Origin: Octopus vulgaris
Lineage: Eukaryota
Length of the DNA: 64,000 nt
Reading direction: 5' to 3'
Assembly (NCBI GenBank): GCA_951406725.2
Contig: OX597814.1
Coordinates: forward strand, 158,100,001-158,164,000
Position 1 is the stretch's first letter. Every line of letters starts with the position of its first letter. This document shows positions 25,602 through 38,568 of this stretch, piece after piece. The position numbers were made by a program, and so were the translations under genes. A model generated the notes under the pieces. That model worked only from the letters and a program-made list of their open reading frames with translations, had not been told where the DNA came from and did not search any database.

Positions 25602-26526
25602 CTACGAAGAAATTAAATGCCACCGATACTATTCTACCCAAGAATAACAATCGAGCGGTACGTACATTAAACTTACAATAAAAAATGTACGAAAAACTAC
25701 ACGTGCAAAATAATGTGACAACAGAAATAAACGGACCGGTACCCTACGAAAATGACGACCGTCAAAATAATGGGCCGGACGTTGTACCTCATGTCCCGCA
25801 AATAAAACCCAAAAGACGTAAATGGACACGTGAGGAATACATTTCTATCTTACACGCATACTTCACAGCAATGCTCTACCCAAAAAATGAAAATACAACA
25901 ACACATACATATAAAATATGGAAGGAAAATAATAGAGATATAGACTTGGATACAGCAATGAACCCTAATAAATTAGCTAAAGTACGAAGATACATTCTCA
26001 AAGCCAAAAAAATATCAGAAATAGAAATAGAACATTTAAAAGAAAAAATACACCAGGAAAATGTAGATAGAAGCCACACAACAATGCCCAATAATATAAT
26101 TAAGGCCAACAGACCAGATATAGTTGTCAGAGATCATGAAGAAAAAAATGCTTTCTAATTGATGTATCAATACCGGCAGATGACAACGTGTCTCTAAAAG
26201 AAATGGAGAAACTCTCAAAATACAAAGACCTGGAAATAGAGGTAACCAGAATGTGGAATCTGAAAACAGAAACAATTCCTATCATAGTAGGTGCATTAGG
26301 CATGATAAAAAAATATTCAGACAAATACATAACAAAAACACCAGGACTTACAAACACATATAACATACAGAAAATTGCACTACTAGGCACTGCACACATC
26401 CTACGCAGAACACTTTCCATACAATAACCATCAGAGCATCACAACAAATCACAGCACATACCCAAGGCACACAGAGCTGCGCTCAGTAGTGAAGTGAAAG
26501 CACCCTATAAAAAAAAACTACTGAAT
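25600..26526 (+). mobile_element. Internally deleted non-autonomous derivative of the 20725-24376 element
   Basis: 25630-26098 matches 20727-21195; 26099-26526 matches about 23948-24376. (TAA)n on both sides. Confidence 0.93.
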
Positions 26527-26554
26527 AATAATTATCATAATAATAATAATAATA

Positions 26555-26593
<39 letters not shown>

Positions 26594-26599
26594 ATAATC

Positions 26600-27640
26600 T
26601 AGGTAAAATTGAGCGGTGATTAAGAGGAAACTGGAAAAATGGGAAAAAGACCGACCGAGAAAAATTAGAGAAGAAATATAAAATATGGAAGTTCGGGTTT
26701 GATGCAGTAATAGAGCAGTTAAAACAGAAAATCATGGCAAAAAGCCAGAAGATCAGAAGACTTGTGGACAGAAATAAACAGTTCGAGGAGAACAGTTTGT
26801 TCAAAAATAACCCAAAAGTTAGAAGGAGACAATGAGGAATATGTTGCTCCTGATGTAAATCAAATCAAGGAGTTCTGGAGCGGATTATGGGGAATCAATA
26901 TGGTACACAAATGGGATGCAATGTGTGTAGGAACTATCAAGGTAGACTTACAAGGAGGAAAGAAACAAGGGAATATTATCATAAGTATGGGCGATGTGAA
27001 AGAACAAGTGGGTAAAGTGTCTAACTGGAAAATGTGGAAAATGTAACCTTCTTGGTAAATGGATATGAGAGCCTTGCACATAAAGAATACAAACGCCGCC
27101 ACGATAAAGTGTGCGTGTATCTTCTTTGACACTTATGCCGTAAATACCAATATGAAGTAACAGAGAACTGGTATGACCAAGTAAATATAAGCAGGAGGAT
27201 GGAAAAGTAACGATACTCTGGGACTAATTATCAGATGGATCGTGTAATCGAACACCGTCGGCCGGATATTGTTGTATTGAATGAGAGAGAAGAATACTGT
27301 CAAATAATCGGCGTAGCCATACCAAATGACATGAATGTTGTGAGTAAAGAGGTTGAAAATTCACCAAGTACTCCGAATGGAAAGTGGAAATGACAAGACT
27401 GTATAGAATGTGAGAGTGTAAAAACGAAACCAGTGGTGATCGGGGCGTTGGGCTCAATCCCTTTGGAACTTCAAGACTTCTTAAGGCAACTGGAAATCCC
27501 ATGCAAGATTGAGGTCTTGCAAAAAGCAGCCTTATTGGGCACTGCGCACATCTTAAAGAAAGTATTATCTGTCTGAGGTCCTTGTGACTTAACAGATGAC
27601 TAAAGACTACGGTGCATTTTTACCTACACTATGTTACGAA
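26600..27640 (+). mobile_element. Decayed, internally deleted Dong/R4-like element of another subfamily
   Basis: IKEFWSGLWG, VSNWK, YKRRHDKV, RRPDIVV, KAALLGTAHILKK motifs. Confidence 0.72.
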
Positions 27641-27789
27641 ACAACAACAACAATAATAATAACGACAACAAGAACAACAATAATAATAATGATGATGATA
27701 ATGATTATGATGACATCAGGACGAAGTATTAGGGGGAAAATGCAAAAACAGACACAAAGTGTGGAGATGTACAAGTAATGAAATGATGA

Positions 27790-30210
27790 AATAACAAAAA
27801 CAACGAAAAAGAGTAAATATAAGTGTCATACAATGAAAAGGAAGGGAAATATACGCAATATACAAAGGCTAAAAAGAAAAAAGGCGGGTGATTGAGACGT
27901 AGTCCTCCTGATAGAGGATAACCTCCAGGGATAATCGAGGAACCCTACTGTGCCATATCTCCTTGAAAACCAAGGGCATGTGTCCTCTCCAATTCCTACT
28001 CTTCGACTCACAGGTTTACACACACAGAGGTACCATCCACTCTTGCTATTTTCGCAACTTTCACCCACCTTTTAATATATTAACTCGAGGGCAGAACTTC
28101 CCACTCTATACTCCATTTCCTTTTCATGTGAAACTTGAAGAAACCCCTCAGATCATAAACAAAGAGGAATGTATCTATCCTCATGCCTTTTAGTCTTGTC
28201 CACCAAACAACCTCTTTCGTCACAGCCACCAGACGAAAAACATGCCTTGCTTGCTGATTAAAGAAGAGCAGCGAGCAACCATTACTATGCACTCCACCGA
28301 TAGATGGATCTGTCCCATACGTGACAGGTGTTCGACATAACCCCACAAATCAGCAATGTCTGGACACTAAACGAGTGCGTGCAGAACAGTTACATCATTC
28401 AGTGCGCGCTTCGGAGAAGCCCGTGTGACAGGAAATCCGTGCCTATTGAATTTATCTCGAACCGGAAGCGCCCTGCGGCAGCACTATTTTGGCCAAGAAC
28501 ATATGGAATGTATCCATGATAATGACCGACCGGAACGTCTTCCAGAACGCCAAGAACATCGTCGCACTTCGCCAGTAATCATCTATAAATTACTGAAGCA
28601 GAACAGCCCACGATCCCATTGTCCGACTGGTAGATGGCTGTGAGTGCCTGTTGACATACTAGGCGTCAAGCGCCTAGTCGCGGTCTTTTCTTTACCCAGG
28701 ACTACAGCTCTGTCAAGGAGACAAGCTATGGAAAGACGTTCCTCCCAAACGGAGCCCACGCATGCTCACCTTTTAGAAATCATTGCAGGTGGCGCAACGT
28801 AACACCGTATCTGCGCATTAGAAGCCACAGCGTGCCTAAGCCGCCACTCAGAGGGTGCTGGCAGTAGACTGATAGTCTGACCATCGGAACGCAATCCTTC
28901 CACAAGAAATTAAATGAGACGTTCCAACCCAGTCAAGCAGTAACCGGGACAAGGCACAATGATCAGGCGATAAAAGATGAAGTAGGAAATGTAGGCATTC
29001 GCCTCCTCTGCCTGATCTTTCAAGGATAGCTTCCTCTCAGCCATTTCTGGGTAAGAATGGTCACCCTGTTCGTCACTTAGTCTCAGTTCTTACCTTCCTG
29101 GAGGGTGGGACCAAACCAGACTACGTGCAATTTGACTGGTCTGTCGGTCCAGCGTCCAACGACACCGTCCCATAACATGAACCTGACTATCCAGGAGACT
29201 TACCGCAAACAATCGATTTGTCAGCGGTGCTTTTAGCCCCTGCAACTGACTCATATTCCTCTAGAATGATGCCAAGAGTCTCCAGTTCGTTGGTGTACGC
29301 TGATACTGCCTTTCCGCGTCTGAGTTCGATCTTTCGCAGAAGTAGCTTGAGTACCAATATGCACAGAAGAGGCGACAGCAGGAAGCCCTGACGGATCAAG
29401 CATGCGTTGCTAGACTTTTCCGATTGGTAGCTGTTTACTTTGACCACCGAACAGATACAGCTGTGCATTGCAGCGAACCAACCTCTGAAACTGGGCCCGA
29501 ATCCCCTGCTTTCAGGACAGCTTCCAAGTAGTGATGGTCGACCCTACCGAATGTTTTAGAATGATTAAAATTAATCAGAGCACTCTCGAAGCTAGGTTTG
29601 ATCCCAGCCCTGTCTATGATGTATCGCATAAGGTGGAAGTTGTTGTGGACAGACCTGCCCGGGATTGTGCACCTTTGTGCTTTCGCGGCCAGGCTACCGA
29701 CAACAAGCGTCAACATTTTCGTCAATATCTTAGCCAAAATCTTAAACACTGTTTAGCAGAGATATGAGCTGAAAATTTCCTTGTACGTCCCCATTGTCGG
29801 CGTCCTTCCTCAGCAGTGTCACCACACTCCGACCAACAGCACTCGGAATTTTCCCTTTCTGTTGCCATTTACGGTAAACGTCTGCCAGCAGGTCACAAAA
29901 CAAATCTGTTGTCATGCTGGAGCGCCACCGGTGTCTTTTCAGTGGCTATTCTTTACGATTAGCCTTTTATGAAGGAAGGAATTCGAGGCTGCTCCCTTGT
30001 TTGAGTTTCTTCATCAGGGACCTTGGACGGCCGGTGATCAAATTGTTTCCTGAACACTACCGCCTCTACACCATGAAGATGTTTCAGATGTTTTGGGTAG
30101 GCATTAAATCCCAACCTATTGCAATAGTGCATTGTCCTCACTCTAGACGGGATGACGGGTACGTTTGGAACAGTGCAGCGACGTCCAGTTTGTGGTCAGT
30201 ATAACTCTCG
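27790..30210 (-). mobile_element. Decayed Tx1/L1-like LINE (RT and 3' part)
   Basis: KILAKIL..QRCTIPGRSVHNNFHLMRYII..NHSKTFGRVDHHYL and IRQG..LSPLL; related to 46790-47228. Boundaries approximate. Confidence 0.75.
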
Positions 30211-31950
30211 ATGCCAAAGTTTGGTTCCAGTTCCTCCAGGATCTTACACACGTACATCATTACATAGCTCACCTGTCTTCTCTCGAGGGAGCAGAGTTGT
30301 AGCTCCCAATAACTCAGTTGTTACTTTGATGCAATCTTCCGGGTGTAGGACTACTACACTTCCACTATTTAATTGACTCTGTGGTGTGACCACAGTTGAC
30401 TGCAGTATTCCAGGCAGTTGAGGACAAATGTCCTCTATAAGTCCAGCATAGTTTTTGGTCCCTGATTCTGAAGCTTCTGTATTGCATTCTAGTATTGCGC
30501 ATTCAGTATTTCACTAATCCTCTGGGGATTTGCAGTGGGTGCCATATTTTTCTCGAGCTGTTACCCCATCTTGTACCGTACTGAAGCAGACACTTTTACA
30601 AATTTATTGAAGGATTTGGGGGTTATTTTTATATTTTTGGCAGCCCTGGATTCTTTCTCTGCTCTCTTCTTTCTTGTTGTAGTGTTTGAATTCATTTTCG
30701 ATATTATCAATACTTGTTTGAGATAGAGTCCTTCGCTATCCTGTAGTGGACCATTTAGACAGTTTGAGATATTTACTCGTTGTCTCATTAGAATGGTTCT
30801 ATCCTTGGGAACTATATTTTCCCGTTGGGTTGGCGTTCTCTCTGGAACAAACGTACAGCATATCCAAATGCATCATTGACATAAACTGCTATATCTTTAT
30901 ATCAGTTTCATAGGAGACGAAATTTGTTCCATGACTTCTTTTTCGATGCCATTCCTATCAGCTTTATGAAAGTTCAGGCTGGAGAGCTGGGTACATGGCC
31001 TGCATGTCTACTATTTTCTGTAGACCATATATCATTAGCTCTATTAAGTTATGGTCTGAGAGAATCGTCAGTGCCACCTAAACATTATGGATGGGCACCA
31101 CGTTATTCGTGAATCAGATGCCCAGGACATTTTTACCCCTTGTTGATATATACATATATATATATATGTATATATATATATCGAGGAAAGTAACTGAGAA
31201 GAATGAGAAAGAGTCATATATCAAATATTTAAAGCAACCCCAATATATCATTTAATACGTTCGACATAATCATTATACCACATACACAACAAAGACACAT
31301 ATACAATAATTACAAGCAATTATATTTGCTTCATGATCTTTCGGCAAATATGTATGCATATGTGCGCGTGTGTATGTACGTATGCATGTGTTTTCATATG
31401 TATATATACACACATAATCTGTATAAGTGCGTCCACACACACGCACACACACATACACGCACACACACATGTACACCTAACAATATGGTAGATACTTTTG
31501 TAAGTATTTGTGTTTAAAGAACAAAAGAAAATATACCTGAGTGGCTCACTCCTCCACACTGCAGGTATAAACTTGTTTGTGTTTGTTTATGCGTATGTGT
31601 TGGTATATTTATACACGCGCGCAGATACATACTCACACAACCACACATACACACACAAATCACACACTTACACACACGCACGTACACATGCACGCACACA
31701 CACAAATACACACTCACATTCAATTAGAACATTTCACGGTATTCAGAAGAAATTAATCACTATGTATCACGCAGTTCAATTTGTTTGCGGAAGCATTTTC
31801 ACTTTGACTTAAAGAAAAAGGAAAAGAGCAAAACACAACGATTATTCAATAAGAAATAAATGTAACAAGATAACATTTTATGTATGAGATGTGATAATTA
31901 CTTCGCGCACGTAAACTTTTGTTTTGGTATTTATCACAATATGATAAAAT

Positions 31951-34653
31951 ATGTAACGTATGTGCTCGGGTAATAGTCGATTTCATGTAAAATGCGACCC
32001 CTTATTTTGGCACAAAACTTGAGAATTTTCCATAGATCCCGTATAAAAGTCGACACTAATATTTCACGAAGAACAGGACAATATTTGTAGATTAAGGTAC
32101 CGTATTGTCCTATAAATAGAAATAACACTGTTACACGTTTGTGTGGCTGCCTTAGTGTAGCCTGCTCTATACGTGGGATACTTGGTGCTTATAGTAAAAC
32201 ACCATTTAATAGCGAGCACTTCATATCTGCTGATTGGTGCCACAATGTATGCACAGGATATGCTGGAAGCCTGCACACATCTTCATGGCTAATAATCACA
32301 TGCGTCATACACTCGTTGTTTACATGGTGAGAAACGTGTTTCACAGACAGCACTATTGGCGAACACTAGCAAACACCTCTATCAGAATTCGTGCAAAGGC
32401 ATGATTTTTCGTAAGCATAAAAGTATTCAATTAATCGCTAGATCAGTGGTTCTCATGCGACCTTTATATTTTTCTCATATCCAAATACATTTAACATATG
32501 CGTCATACGCCCGTCTGTTTACTTGGTGAAAAATGTGTTTCCCAGACTATCGGTGAACGACAGCAACCACCACTACATGAATTCGTACAGTGATATGACT
32601 TCGGTAACCCTAAAAACATTAAAGGAACTCTGGGGTTTAACAGAACACACTTTGGGTATTTCTACTCCAGATTAACAACTCTACAACATATTATGGACAT
32701 TTACTGGTAATTGCACATGACATCCTGTAGCTGTTTTTTTTTTTTTTCATTTCTGTAGGGGACAATATATACACATAACACGACACCCTGTTAGTCATAT
32801 AAAAATCGAATGGCGAACGTATTCCGCGAAATGGCAACTGATCGTGAGCATGGATACGATAGCCCCTAGGCCGAAATGTATTAACGTTAAATTAATACTG
32901 TAAGTTTCACATTGATCTATTTTTTAATTACAGCTCTTGTTTCATGGCATAATATAATTTGTACCGGTACTCCTTTCAGCTTTAACGCAGGATTCAATTT
33001 GCCGTGCAGTTTAGGTACTTGAAAATCGTCAATGTGTGTTGCTCGTGAAGCCACCTTAATGCTCGAAATGAATAAAAATAGGATGGAATTTCAAATTTTA
33101 AAGCGAATGTTGGATGGTGAGATGTTATGGCATAGTGTATCAGCTGAGAACTAAGATCGCACAAAAGCTGCGTACTGATCTAAATGATAAGATAATAGCG
33201 TTTCATAGGTTTGTAATCAGAAATCAGCTGAAAGAGTATGTGCATTATCATGTATTGGGAACATGGACGAAACGCCTGTTACTCTTGACATGCCAGAGAA
33301 TCGAACTGTGAATCAAAAAGGAGAAAAAGCAGTATTCATCATAACCACCGGCCAGGAGAAAAGGTTACTTTAGTTCTTTCATGTATGGCCGATGGTAATA
33401 AATTAAACCGATGGTTGTTTTTAAGAGAAAAACTGTGCCGAAGGAGATATTTCCAAAAAGAATTATCATCCATGTGCATCCACAAGGATGGATAGAAGAT
33501 GAGGGTCGTTGTAGAAAATGGATTAAAGATGTTTGGAATTTACGACCTGGTGGAATGCATTGGATGGTACAGAAGACGATTGTCTATGGGATGACAAGGA
33601 TAACGAAGTGGATGATGCTCTACCTCTAAATATGGACAGCGAAGATGATGATGAAGAGAATCCTTACGATGATGCCATTCATCCTCATGATTAGGAAGCT
33701 TTATTCAGTGCTGAAGATGATAAACTGTGATAAATAAATTGGTACTGTAGTCTCTAATCTAGCCACGAAAAAGAAAACGTTTTCGGTGGAAACTTGCTGG
33801 TGGAAAGTGATATTGTGCTTCTACTTCATTTATCAGTTCTGGTATTTAATACATTAAATTGCATTTAGTTAATTAGAAATAAAAAGGCACCACTATTATA
33901 CTGTACTTGTGATGTGTGTGACTTTAACCATGAATATGAAAATAGCATAATTTATTGAAGAGGTATGAAGTGAAACACGCCGAGTAGATATCAGCTGTAT
34001 GCATCGTATTCCGGTAGGTAGCAACATGCCCAGTACCGGTGATAATATAACATAATTATGAGATATAAATTGATTTCACTCTGCTAGTTTGCTAGTCTGT
34101 TTGATGCATAAAATTAATATTACTGTAATTCATTTTGTTTTTATTCGCTTAGAGATCAGGTGGGATTCTGCTTCTGGTACTTGGGATTCTAGCTTGAATT
34201 CCAGCCCCTCAAAAGTAGTGTTCATGTAATAGACGACCCCATAAACTTGACCTTAAAAGATTGTTTAAAATATTCGACTTTCTCACGAGTATATACGGTA
34301 TTCCGTCTCAATCACATCATTCGACAAGCTAATCTTCACGTAATTACTTTCCCAGTGTTTTTATTCCAAATAGGCTTGGACAGTAATGTAGCTTGTAGAG
34401 AATATTATGGGACTCGTGTTCCACATCCTGTTACCGTTATTCCAGAAGCTGACAGATTAATTCAGATGTAAAATAGCCGATCAGAAATAGAGTTCTTTTC
34501 TCTTTGTGTGACATATTCTGAATGAGTTATGATTATATGCAGTGTTTCCAACGATGTATGTATCGTTCGTAAAATCAAGCTATTACCTGTTGCTTCATCA
34601 TTCATTGACATTCCTGCAAACAATGTGTATTCCATGCTACAAGCTCTTGAGTA
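31951..34653 (+). pseudogene. PAN-CTL gene copy B: exon 1 pseudogene
   Basis: ATGTA at 31951-31955 plus 34301-34653 aligns with 48721-49081. In-frame stops (34469 TAA, 34524 TGA) and a mutated donor (c|ttgagt). Flanks 31545-31950 and 34654-35780 match copy C's flanks. No exon 2 or 3 seen. Confidence 0.88.
31956..34298 (+). mobile_element. pogo/Tigger-like DNA transposon, decayed
   Basis: TA duplication (31954-55, 34299-300); imperfect TIRs acgtatgtgctcggg / cacgagtatatacgg. IGNMDETPV..DMP..TTGQEK..CMADGNKLKPMVVFK at about 33255-33430. Confidence 0.82.
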
Positions 34654-36599
34654 GTATTCTTTTCAAGAGAATGTATTCCATATATTGCTACTGTGTTAGC
34701 CATTGTTACACCCTGTTCTAGAAAAACCTATATTCAAAGGCGTTCGAGCTGATTCCGTAGTATAAAGTGTCCTTAGTGAAGACGATATCCGTTGTTTGAG
34801 AGAAATTTGACTTTTATTTCCAGCAGGACACATGACTACGTAAACGTCCTCACATTGGATCATATTGCATATATTGTTGAAGAATAACTATTCTACAAGT
34901 CGTTTAATCTGTAATGATCTTAGTTTAAACTAATGCATCATGGTCTTATAAGTAATCCAGTCTTTTTGCTTTTATCTAAAACAGTAAGACGTTTATTTGA
35001 AGGCCATTTGGCTGTTATTTCTAGGATATCTTGTAACCACAGAGACGCTACCTTTTGGTTCGTATTGCACAAGTGTGTTTTGTAGAGGATGGAGCTTTCG
35101 TTGTATATTTAGTTGTATATTTAATATACACGTGTGTTTCGATAGTTTTATCATATCAGATCACACGTATGGATAGATAAGATATGTCCTCTAGTGATAT
35201 AAAAATATTACACCTTATCATCAAATATCACAAAAAATATTTGTTCCAGAAGGCGTCTCACTAACCAACGTATTAAATTGTGGTCTCTCACATTATGCCT
35301 ATTCGAAAAGATTCTAGGGTTGTACAAAATAATGTGTCTTTAAATAAAATTTAATAAAAGTATGTAAGAATTGCTATTCATAATTGTTCAAATAGCATGT
35401 TATTACAAATTTTGTATTGGAATGAGATACTGATCGAAAATAATTTTTGCTTCATTCTATGTTTTAATAACATAGAATATAGGTATGATGAATACGATTT
35501 TTTGGAAATATCGTATACAGCTTCCACGGCAAAATAAGTTTGAGGACCATTGTATGAGATACCTTCCATGTCTCCTTGTAAAACAACTAATAATAGCATC
35601 TGTAATCAAAGCTCTGAACGCCTATACATACGTAAGCATTTTGTAATTGTTGATTTGAGGAATAGTAGCGTATTGCTTGCCTTTTATCCTTTAAGTTTTC
35701 CTTATTTGTAGAGCTCCCATGATCGCAGCTGCACAGTAATATAACTATGTTTTTGACATTTATTTCCATATATTACTTTCAGTACGTTTTACGTTGCTCC
35801 TAAAATTATATGACGTTGTTGTTGCTGTTGGGGATGAGATTCACTTTGATCGAGACATTTCCGCCGTAATTATCACGTCTTGTTTACAGTACTCTACTAA
35901 ACATATTATTTAATGAGTTCCTTGCCTATTATGAGCGTGTGATTTCAGGGCGTTTTGACTGATCCTTGAAAAAGATCGAACGGCAAGAGAGAAATTTCAC
36001 ATCAGTGTGTTTCCGCAAATTTTATGATTAATAACTTCTCCCGTAATTTTTTTGCTTAGCCCTATGCTATGGTAGGAAACACACTTTAGCTCATCATACA
36101 GTGAGATTAAACCTGGAACAACGTGGTTACTAAGTTGACGTCTTTACACAACCATGACTGCACTCCATTATAATTCTATTCTAATCAATATAGATAGCAT
36201 AGTGTTCCTACATAAGTACTTAATTTGGTCACTTATTATAATATTTTTGTTGTTTGTCTCTTCAACCTTCATGCATAGTCATCTCACATAGTTTCGTTCT
36301 ACTTTCCATTTTCATCACAAACGTTCACACTCATACCTTTATTAGATTTCTTTAATGAAATACCTTTTCTGCTATTGTATCTTGAAATTCGTGGAAATCG
36401 AGAACAGTTATGATTTAATATTTAATATTTCGGTTGATTGATTATCCAAATGTTGTCCCACAGTCTTCTGAATACTTTTCATCTTTCATTTTTAAAGTCT
36501 CTTATAATTTGTTTTCTTTGAATTAATTTTTTTTTACTTAGCAACACATTTTTTTCTAATTTGTAGCAACAATAAGAAGGCATGAATTCTGAGCTGCAT

Positions 36600-37200
36600 C
36601 TATTAATTATTTGGGCTCACATTACGAGATATGAAGAAAATGATGGAGAAAATCTGCTCCTAAAATTGGATGAAGAAGGTCAGCAATGATAAAAACAATC
36701 CACTGGAAACTTCGTCCAGTGCGAGTAAAATCTCACCGAAAGTTTTAACAGGAGAGTCGTTGTCTGCTGAAGATATATATATATATATATCAGAAGCAAA
36801 AAGTTTTTCTTTGACAAATTTAGAGGACCCTATACTGCAGGACTCTCCGGAGTCGACTAGAAATTCCTTCTTAGACTCGAAATCTAATATAAAAAATGCG
36901 TGACTAGGAGAAAATGTGCCAGGAACTTCGGTCACGCTGGGAGCTCGGCTTTTTAGTTTTCCTGAGTTTTTAAATGTACTAGGCGAAATACATTTCTTAG
37001 CTGTAGAACCAAACTTATAATGATACCAGCAAAAAGGTTTTGATCTGCTGGGAGAACGGGCATTAGAACGACGATAGCGACGAGGTGATGAATTTCTATT
37101 GATATGCAAGAGACAAATTTCTGTGACTAGCTTATCTATAGTCCTCTGTGTAGATTCACGAAATTCTTTGAATTTAGAAGAAACTGTTGCAAATGACAAA
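36600..37200 (-). pseudogene. Gypsy-like LTR retrotransposon gag C-terminus/protease fragment
   Basis: CWYHYKFGSTAKKC zinc-knuckle variant followed by FLVDSGES (aspartic protease DSG). No LTRs seen. Confidence 0.75.
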
Positions 37201-37379
37201 AGGGTGTTGTTCTGTTCTGGAATAGGTTTTGTATTAATTATATATTACAATCAAATCTACCTCTAACAACAAATTCACAGTAAAATTTGTTTGAGTTATT
37301 GCCTAAGTTATTGCCAAGTCTTCACATTTTTAGTATTGACTCAATGCCTATTTTTTACATAATGAATTTGCCTACCATA

Positions 37380-38568
37380 CGAGGGGCGTTCAATAAGTAA
37401 TGCCCCTGACCCACTTCCCATAACAGTAGAGCAACGAAACTTGGCACAGTTATTAGTATTTTTTACATAGGAACCACCCAGAGTTACGCATTTCTCCCAT
37501 CATTTGATGCAGCTCTGGAGACCGTTTTTGTAGAAGACCTCAGTTTGGTCCTCCAACCACGACGTGACTTCAGAAATCAAGGCTGCATCATATGGGAAAC
37601 GCTTTCCTTTCAAAAACAACTTCATGGCTGGGAAGAGATGAAAATCAGAGGGTGCAAGGTCAGGAGAGTAAGGGGATGGGGGAGGAGTTCATAATCGCGC
37701 GCCTGTGCTTCTGATCTGGCGACACGTGAGTTGTAGGCTCCTGTAATTGTGGTACCCTTTGCCAGGAAATCTGTCATCACTACTCCGTCCTGGTCCCAGA
37801 AGACTGTGAGCATGACCTTGCCAGCGGAGGGCTGCACCCTTGCCTTCTTTGGGGGAGGTGAGTCACGGTGCTTCCACTGCATTGACTGGGCTTTGGTCTC
37901 TGGATCATAGTGATGGACCCAGGTTTCATCCTGTGTAATCAGTCTTCTGAAAAATTTTGACTCATCTTCTTGGCACATCTCCAAATTCATCCTCGAGCAC
38001 TCGACGCGTTCTTGCTTCTGGAAAGGTGTGAGCAACCTGGGAATCCATCTGGCAGACACCTTTTGCATATGCAAATGGTCATGAATGATAGTTTCCACAG
38101 ACCCGGTACTAATCTTGACCTCATGGGCTATTTGGCGAATAGTTATGCGTCGATCTTCCAAAATGGCAGCCTCAACTTGACGGACAGATGCCTCATCAAT
38201 GGCAGAAGAGGGCGACCAGATCTAGGAGCTGTTTCCACAGAGTTCCGACCATGTTTAAATTCACGATGCCAGCGTTTTACAAGGTCATATGATGGGGCAT
38301 CATCACCATAAGTTACTTTCATTTCATCAAAAGTCTCCCGTGGTGTGCGTCCTTTCAAATACAAAAAACCGGATCACTGCTCGACACTCAACTGGCTCCA
38401 TTTCACACTTGACTCTGTTAAAACACCTGTAAATCAGAAACCACAATTAGTTTAGAGCTGTAATTTGCCACTTCATCTATAGCGATATAAATAATTGCAC
38501 ATGCAAAATTGCAGCTAGATCAAGCAAATGCAAGTGGGTCAGGAGCATTACTTATTCAACGTCCCTCG
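37380..38568 (-). mobile_element. mariner transposon, defective (frameshifts and internal deletion)
   Basis: TA duplications. TIRs cgaggggcgttcaataagtaatgcccctgaccc / gggtcaggagcattacttattcaacgtccctcg. WIPRLL, ITQDETWVHHY, GKVMLTVFWD. Confidence 0.95.

Noticed and set aside
30420-31130. Possible further LINE fragment on the - strand
   Set aside because: Coding-like composition but no motif clear enough to assign.
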